Origin: the human T2T-CHM13v2.0 reference genome, Homo sapiens
Assembly: GCF_009914755.1 (NCBI RefSeq)
Contig: NC_060927.1
Length of the DNA: 64,000 bases
Strand: one strand, 5' to 3'
Position numbers and translations under genes: made by a program. Below the pieces are notes generated by a model. The model did not search any database. It was not told where the DNA came from and was given only the letters and a program-made list of their open reading frames with translations. Shown piece after piece: positions 56,580-64,000 of this stretch; within the stretch, counting starts at the first letter, position 1; every line of letters begins with the position of its first letter.

Positions 56580-58600
56580 GACAAGGCATTGTGCTACATG
56601 CTGGGAACACGTGGAACAAAGAAACAGTCGCTGCTCTGGAGGAGCTCAGTTCACCCAAGCTAAGAGACTACAAATGTTTTGTATTGGCTGGAGCCAAGGG
56701 TAAAACGGAACACAGCAAAGGTGAGGACTGAGAGCCAGGCACATGGTGAGCCATTGCAGAATTTCAGATGTGGGAGGAACATGATCACAGTTCCACTTCA
56801 GTAGGATTGCTTTCATTGCATCGTGGGGGATGATTGGTGGAGGAAAAGGAGAAGCAAGGAGACTAATGGGGGGCCTTTGCAGTGATCAAAATGGGAAATA
56901 AATCATTTGAAGACAGAATGAAAAAAGATTTAAATTTTATGAAGGCGGTAGAATCAGCATGATGAGTTAATTTTGAGCAACAGGAAAGGCAGAGGCCCAG
57001 ATGACTCCCTGACCGCTAACTTGAATCACTGGAAGAATGGCAGTACCCTTCCTAAAGGACAAAAATCCCAAAGGAGGAGCGGGTTTAGTTTTGCACAAAA
57101 GAAATCCAAGATACCTTTATGAAGTGATATATCCTATAGGTGATAAATATAGAAATCTGGAGAGAAAGCTGAGCTAGAGCTGCAGACATGGAGGCCATAA
57201 GCAGATAGGTGATAGTGAAAGCACGGAGTATATAAGTCACACAAAGAGATCTCAAGATCTAATTCTGGGGGAATGCGTCAAGATGTGGTGCAAGTCTCAG
57301 GACAGATTTCTCTACCATTACTGTGATCGAGAGGCTACCATGATGATAATATTAATCTATTATTCATGAAACTACTTGCTATGTGATATTGACCCAATCT
57401 TTTAATCAGTTTGAGGTTTGGTTTTCTTACCTATGTGTATAATCATACTCAAATAATAAAGTATTTTGAGACCTAAATTAGGTAAACTGTGTTAAAACAC
57501 CTAGCTCAGAACTTGACACATAATAAACTCTCAAAGGTATATATGTTGAATCTGAAACCAGAAAGTTGATAGAAAATTGAACTCATCATCACTCCAACCC
57601 GAGAATTGCTTCTTCTCCTCTGTCCTCTCTCTTTACCAGCTGACGAAGCCAAAATCCTAGAAGTTGTTTATCTCCTCCCTCTACTTGGCACATCTAATCT
57701 CAGCCCAGTCCTGTCAAAACAGTTCACTTCTTGAACACCACAGCCATTGCCTCCACTAAGGCCTGGACCACTGCAAAGCTCCTTCCTGGATCCTTTGACT
57801 CCCCAGTGCACTCTCCGCACTGCAGCCACAGTGAGCTTTTCTAAATGGGAAATCTAATATAATTTACTTTCTAAAATCCTTTTCCCCTTTGCATAAAATC
57901 TAAGTTTATATCATGCCAAATCATTCGTGATCTCAAGAAACATAATTTTACGTAACCTCCCAACCTCAAAACTCACCATTCCTCTCTTTGAAGACTATTC
58001 TAGCCACCTAAATCTACTTGCATTCTAGATCACATCTCCTTTCCTCAACCCACGCACTTGGCCCTGCACCCTTTCACATACCCCTTAAGGTTCAGTCACC
58101 TCCTGGAAGAAGCCTTCCTGAGGCTGGGTTAGGTACCTCTCCCACATGCTCCCATAACAGCCTGTTCTATGTGGCACTTCCCATATTCATAGTCCCTGGT
58201 CATTCTCAATAGTTAATACGTTTCTTAAAGACAGAGATATACCTGACTTGTTATGTTATCCCTTGAACACAGAATGGTCAATAGTACATATTAAGTGTTT
58301 AATATCTATCCGTTTGGATGAATAAATTTAAAAATCTGTTAGAAACATATATCTTTTAAGCAATTTTGTGAATTGCTTAAAAAATATAAGTTTCTTCTTT
58401 GACTACCTTTGAAGACAATTTTCAGATGTGTGATCTTGGGCAGGTTAAACCTCTTGTTATGATTATTTGTCTGTAAAATGGAGATAACAATTATACCTAC
58501 CTCATAAAGTTATTGTGAAGATTAAAAGAGTTAACACATGAACATCGCTTAGAACTGGCCTTGAAAGTACTCAAGAGCTCTCAATAATTGCTAATAATCT
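56580..58600. mobile_element. L2 and MIR fragments
   Basis: Antisense L2 at about 56580-57280, sense L2 at about 57560-58325, MIR core tctgtaaaatggagataac near 58470. Confidence 0.7.
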
Positions 58601-60834
58601 GTTTTTATCACTGTCACTCTTGCTGTTATTGTTACTCTTTTCCTGTAAGATGGGTCCCTTTGTGTTTGGCACCTGTCCCTGGCTCAAGACAGATTTCGCA
58701 AGGCTGTAAATTAAAGAATTGAGGAAATTTATAAGCCAGAGGTCAGCAAGAAAAAGTCATGAGTCTTCTGATCCTCCCACTGTCCCCACAGAGAGGCCGG
58801 GACCACATGCTCTACTGGATGCATTGTGGGTAAAATTTCCAGGCAAGGGAACCTACCCGCTCATCACTCTTACAAGGCATGCATGAGAGCAACTTTGTCA
58901 AGAGGCTTAAGCAACCTGCTTAATGCTAAGCATTCTAGATTTGGATGCCAACTGTCTACAGGAGTTGTCTGAAGCTAAGGACCTGGGGCCAATGGAAAAT
59001 AATAACCCTGTGGACAGGAGGCAGAAGCCACAAGTCTTACAAGAAGCTGGGTTTTGGTCAAGTACCTACCTCTTAGAGAAGAGCAAGCTTCCAGTTTCAT
59101 CTGGCTCCTTGTCCAGGAAAGCCAGAGTGAGTTTATGAGATCATTTTTGGACAAGGTTGCTTGATGCAGCAGTTTTTAAATCAACACCTTCTTCAGAGAG
59201 GACTTCAAATGCCATCATGCTTATACTTTGAATCTATTTTTAATAGGTTGAGACACTAAGTTTTCCAAGAATCTGCTCCTCTATCAAGACAAATCCAAAA
59301 ATTTCTTCTAATAGCATTTGTTTAGGTCAATAATATTTATTAATGTGTCAGGCAATGTACTAAACGATAAGCATAGAAAATTTAGAAGTATAATTCCTGC
59401 TTTCAGGTATGTACAGACTTAGAGGAAAGGCAGATGAAAAAATTACAGTACAATGTTATGGATGCAATCATACATACATGCACAAGACTCAGAGGCATTA
59501 AGAAATGACTCTGTTCAGTTTGAGATTATATTGTGCAAACTATGAAATAAATAATTTTTATTTACCCAGAATATTAAACTTAGGATCCAAGTAAAAACAT
59601 TGAAGTCCAAATAGCAGATGCCATGACAAAAGATAGCATGGTAATCACTACTAAAATTGTACTGGGTGATAAGAAATTGGAGAGGAAGATGTTTTATCAT
59701 GAGAACTAAAAAGCATTTCTGGGGAGTGGTCAGAGGAGAATGTTGTAAGTTAAAAGGAATTTAGTTCAAATTTCAACCCTGCCACTTACTAGCTATGTGA
59801 ATTTAGGCAAGTTTCCTTATTCCTCTGAGTCTAAATTGTCTCATTTAAGAAATGGGGATAATAATATCTACCATATTGAGCTATTTTAAGCAGTAAATGA
59901 ATAAAAATATGCAAAGTGCATAGCACATGGTAGATAATAAAGGAAGCTATTTCTTTCTAAGAATATAACCTCACTTGTCACCTATTTTATTCCATGCGTT
60001 TATAATTAGATAACTGGAAAATTGACTATCAAGCACTCCTAGAGTGGGATTTCAATGTTGTTTTAAAATGGAATTCTATGCTATTTCTCTTAGTTGCTTC
60101 TCTGAGCTATCCACAATAGTTTTAATGCATTGCAAGTGTTTTACACACATCCTGCCTTAATAAAACATGTAACGAAATCTTAAAACCCAAGCCTAGTTGC
60201 TAGTGAAAGTAGTCAGAAAGCAGATGAGAAAAATCCTGTTCAGTAATAAAATATAAAGTGAATAGAAAAATGCTAGCATCCTGACAGGCTAAAGTGGTCT
60301 GGTCAAAAAGACAATGATGGGATTATGAGAAATTCCCTATTACTAAAAAAGCTAAAACTTAGCAGTAAAGAGGTTTGTGAAGACATATTCTTCCTTTTTT
60401 ACAAACAGCCTCTAACATAAATTAAGAATGTGTTAGTCATGTCCAATAGTGTAAATTTTAAAATAAATCAAATTGCATTTTTATATTTCTGTATTTTTGA
60501 GAGGGACAGAGGAGGGGGAAGTTAAATTTTGCCTGTCTTTAAATATTAGTCTGTTCCTCCGTTTTCCAAACTCAACAATGGTGACAATAAACACTTTCTT
60601 TTGTCTTTTCCCTGGAGATAAGAATAAATGTTCACACGGATACTTTTGAACATTTTATGAAAACCTAGGCTACATAAATTCAGGGTCAGTATTATCATAT
60701 TGCTAGGAAGGTGGATCATACACTAAACAGATGAATTTCCTGCCTTATCTTGTGATTTCCTTAAGTACCAAGAAAAATAGTTGTTATCTTGTTACTCTTA
60801 ACTTTGGGATCTTATACAGATACATTTCCCGAGA

Positions 60835-61045
60835 GCTGCACTGTTCCATAGAGTAGCCATTAGACACATGTGGCTATATACATTTAAATTTAAATTAATT
60901 AAAAGTAACTGAAGTTGAAAATTCAGTTTCTTCATTCTAGTAGCTGTATTTCAAGTGCTCACTAACCACATGTGACTGTGTGCTACCATGTTGTAGAAAG
61001 GGAACATTTCTGTCATCACAGAAGTTCTGCTGAAGCACACTAGCT
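60835..61045. mobile_element. MER3 (hAT-Charlie)
   Basis: gtagccattagacacatgtggcta...tttcaagtgctc...gaacatttctgtcatcacagaagttct. Confidence 0.85.
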
Positions 61046-61706
61046 CAGAGGACACTCAAGCTAATGCTCCTATTGCCCTATAGCCTTAAGCTAGCCAGTG
61101 ATAGCATTTTAAGAATTAAATGACCTTAGGAGGTATAGGAGTATGACTTCATAATCAGGTCAGTGTCAGACTAAGGGAAAGCTAAATGTAAGAGAATAGA
61201 AACTAAATTAATGATGAAGAAAGAAGGGATGATGGTTAGAAACAGGGTACACATTGACATTATCATAAAAGGATAAAAAATGACTCAAGAAATCAGTGCT
61301 TCAACAGAATTTTTCTTAAAATTTTTACTTAAGACATTTGTTATATGTTATTTGCACTAAATGCATCAATCACAATGCTGACTTTCTGATGTTTATTTGG
61401 GTTTTGAGATGTTCCAGCTAAGTCACACAAAAAATTATTTCTTAAGGTTGTAGGGAACTTAACCTCCTCTATACTGGTAGCACATGTTTAAAACATATTT
61501 TCCTCTCGTAGGGTGAGCAGATGCTTTGGAGCTACTTGCAATTTTTGTTCACAGCTTTTGTATTTATCCTTATTTAGGTCCTTGTACTCACAAGTAGTTT
61601 TCATGCTTACCATTATTTTGGCTTCTTCTGCTTGTAAAAAAAGAAATTATAGCATATGTATTACTGCCTAAAAATAAGAGAGTAATCTGTATATGTTTGC
61701 ATTTAG

Positions 61707-61900
61707 GTCATTCTGTCCATTGAAGAAGGGTACAGACTTCCAGCTCCCATGGGCTGTCCAGCATCTCTACACCAGCTGATGCTCCACTGCTGGCAGAAGG
61801 AGAGAAATCACAGACCAAAATTTACTGACATTGTCAGCTTCCTTGACAAACTGATCCGAAATCCCAGTGCCCTTCACACCCTGGTGGAGGACATCCTTGT
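61707..61900 (+). CDS. EPHA6: EPHA6 internal coding exon, end of kinase domain ([64 protein letters not shown]+GT)
   Basis: Translated by hand (not in the ORF track). Acceptor tttgcatttAG|, donor |gtaaga; 194 nt, phase 0/2. Joins in frame to 46186 (SNQD|VILS) and has Eph GYRLPxP, LMLxCW and RPKF motifs. Confidence 0.95.
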
Positions 61901-62230
61901 GTAAGAGGCATAATGTTGAGTTTTTTTCTTCTTGACAATTATGGTTTCTTTCAGGCTATAGATAATAATAACAGGTAGAAAGGAAAAAAATGCCTTGATA
62001 ACCATCTAGTTGTTGACTTTGTGGAAACCATATTTCATTTATCAGCTGAAAAAAAGAATTATTAACATTAAAGTAAAAATGGACTCTTTTAAAAAAAGAT
62101 AACAGATTCCCCTTCCTTTTCTCTCTCTCCAATCTTTCTGAATTACTTTGTTTTTATCTTTTCCTGTTTGGGTCTTTGATATTTACATAGCCTTTTAAAA
62201 TTGATTGATCCTTCCTTACCTTTAGAAGTA

Positions 62231-62251
62231 GAGAGAGAGAGAGAGAGAGAG

Positions 62252-62296
<45 letters not shown>
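62231..62296 (+). repeat. Compound microsatellite (GA)12(GT)21
   Basis: Read directly from the sequence. Confidence 0.98.
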
Positions 62297-62300
<4 letters not shown>

Positions 62301-62974
62301 CCCCTTTAATTTTCTTGCCTATTCTATGTTCTGTTCCTGAATTTGAAATGGCAAGCCAGACAGGGGCAATTTGTGAATCAGCCCAGAGGAAGAATATTTC
62401 CTGCTGATATGATCACATCTAGTTGTTGTTACTCTCCATTCCTAAAACCAGAAAAGAACAGATAACAAGACAAGAAAATGGAGGCACTCATACACCATTT
62501 TGTAAAAGTCAGTAGACTTGAGAAGATCTACTCACCTCCCTGTGAAGAGCAATTATAAGAGGAAGAGTAGAAAAAAAAAGACTATCATCTATATCTGAAA
62601 ATATTACATTTTAAATATCATTAAGTTAAAAACATATTTCTTTATTTAGAAAAAGTTGGACTTAGAAATAACCAGTGCATATCCAAAGCTCACCTTCTTC
62701 ACTCAGGGGATGGCTGGGGCTCTTCAGACATTCACCTTCAGATCACAGGTTCAAGCCAGTGCAGGTTTTTAGTGACAGTAAGGCTGAGGCTCTTCAAGGA
62801 CTATTTGAAACAGACCTCAGTTCACAGCAGAGCACTTAAGAGTTCACCTATAAATCACTAATTGGCAGCCTCAATAAAGTGAAGCCAAGCATGAAATAGC
62901 TAGAGATTAAACTATTACTCCGGCCCATCTTCCCTAAAGAAGTCCAGCACAGGAAGCAGTAAAGGAAGGAAAGG

Positions 62975-64000
62975 CACTTTGGATTTTATCATGAAAACAA
63001 TGGACAGCCATGGAAGGATTTTAAGCAAGGGAACAGCATGATTACGTTTGCATTTCTGAAAGATCACTCTAGGGATGATTTACACTGTGAGTGCAAAACA
63101 AGGAACAAGACTGGAAACAGAGACAGTTTTATGTTTTCAGTAACTAAAGCTAGAAAAGATCAGGGCTTGACTTCTGAAATGGGAATGAGGTTGGGGGTCA
63201 GAAGATAAGAGAATTTTATTATTATTATCATTTCCTAATAATAAGTAATAATAACATTTATTATTAGGAAAACCAATGCATCTTAGTCACTGTTTGAATA
63301 TGGAGGGAGGGAGGAGAAAAAGAATCAAAGATGTTTGTCAAGTTTCTTTCTTATACAAGCTGGCTGATGGTATTACCCCAGAGAGAGGGAGAGGGACAAG
63401 TTTTTGGAATAGAAATGAGACCATTTGAACATGCTGAGTTGCAGATGCCTGTGGGACATCTAGACAGTTATATTTATAGGTTGAACCTCAGGTAAAAAGA
63501 TCTGGACTAGAGATGTAGATTTGAAGATCATCAGCATATAGATTATAGCTGAAGCTTTAACTGTAGTTAAGATAGCCCACAGAGAGTATAAAGAATGCAT
63601 ATAAATAGTGGAAAGGATGAAACCCTCTAATTTAAGACATGAACTGAACAAAAAGTACCCAAAGGAAACTGAAAAAGAGAAGCCAGACAAGTAATCAGGA
63701 AAAGAGGGAAGAGCAGTATCATAGAAGCCAAAAGAGGAGAGAGTTTCAAGGAGTATAATGTCCAAGCCTTCACAAAATTGCAGTAAAATAAAACATGAAA
63801 TGTCTCCACTGGATTCAGCAAGGAGACATTCAGGTGTGCATACACAACCTTTGGTACAGCATTTTCAATACAGTTGCATAAGACAGATTACAATAGAGGA
63901 AGAGTGAATATAAGCTCAGAGAAAGGAGCAATACATAATACCAATTTTTTTTTTTTCAAGAAACCTGTCTCTGATGAGAAAGAAAAGTAGTTAGAGGAAA
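62975..64000 (-). mobile_element. L2 LINE relic (RT region)
   Basis: Minus ORF 63460-63765, LLETLSSFGFYDTALPSFPDYLSGFSFSVSF, resembles L2 RT. Confidence 0.88.

Overview
AT-rich, repeat-dense human genomic DNA; a near-consensus AluYb8 marks it as human. It lies inside the EPHA6 receptor tyrosine kinase gene on the + strand. I can support only two coding exons. Exon 46037-46186 (150 nt, [12 protein letters not shown]...EMSNQD) covers kinase subdomains VIII-IX. Exon 61707-61900 (194 nt, [12 protein letters not shown]...VEDILV) ends the kinase domain and is absent from the ORF track. The rest is intron (>46 kb upstream, 15,520 nt between the exons). It carries ten Alus, L1/L2/MIR relics, hAT DNA transposons, a full-length THE1 provirus and several MaLR/ERVL solo LTRs. 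Most listed ORFs are repeat-derived or chance. I see no evidence of a new multi-gene system. The best unexplained signals are: (i) a poly-C tract ending in a consensus splice donor that could add MNPFPPPPPPPPTPPAA in frame to the kinase exon, next to a CTCF motif; (ii) a 60-bp inverted templated insertion with repair scars; (iii) an orphan GC-rich, structured 163-bp insert; (iv) a read-through stop, poly(A) signals and (UG)21 after the last kinase exon; (v) candidate recursive splice sites. Gene identity and repeat subfamilies come from recalled sequences, not from a database search.
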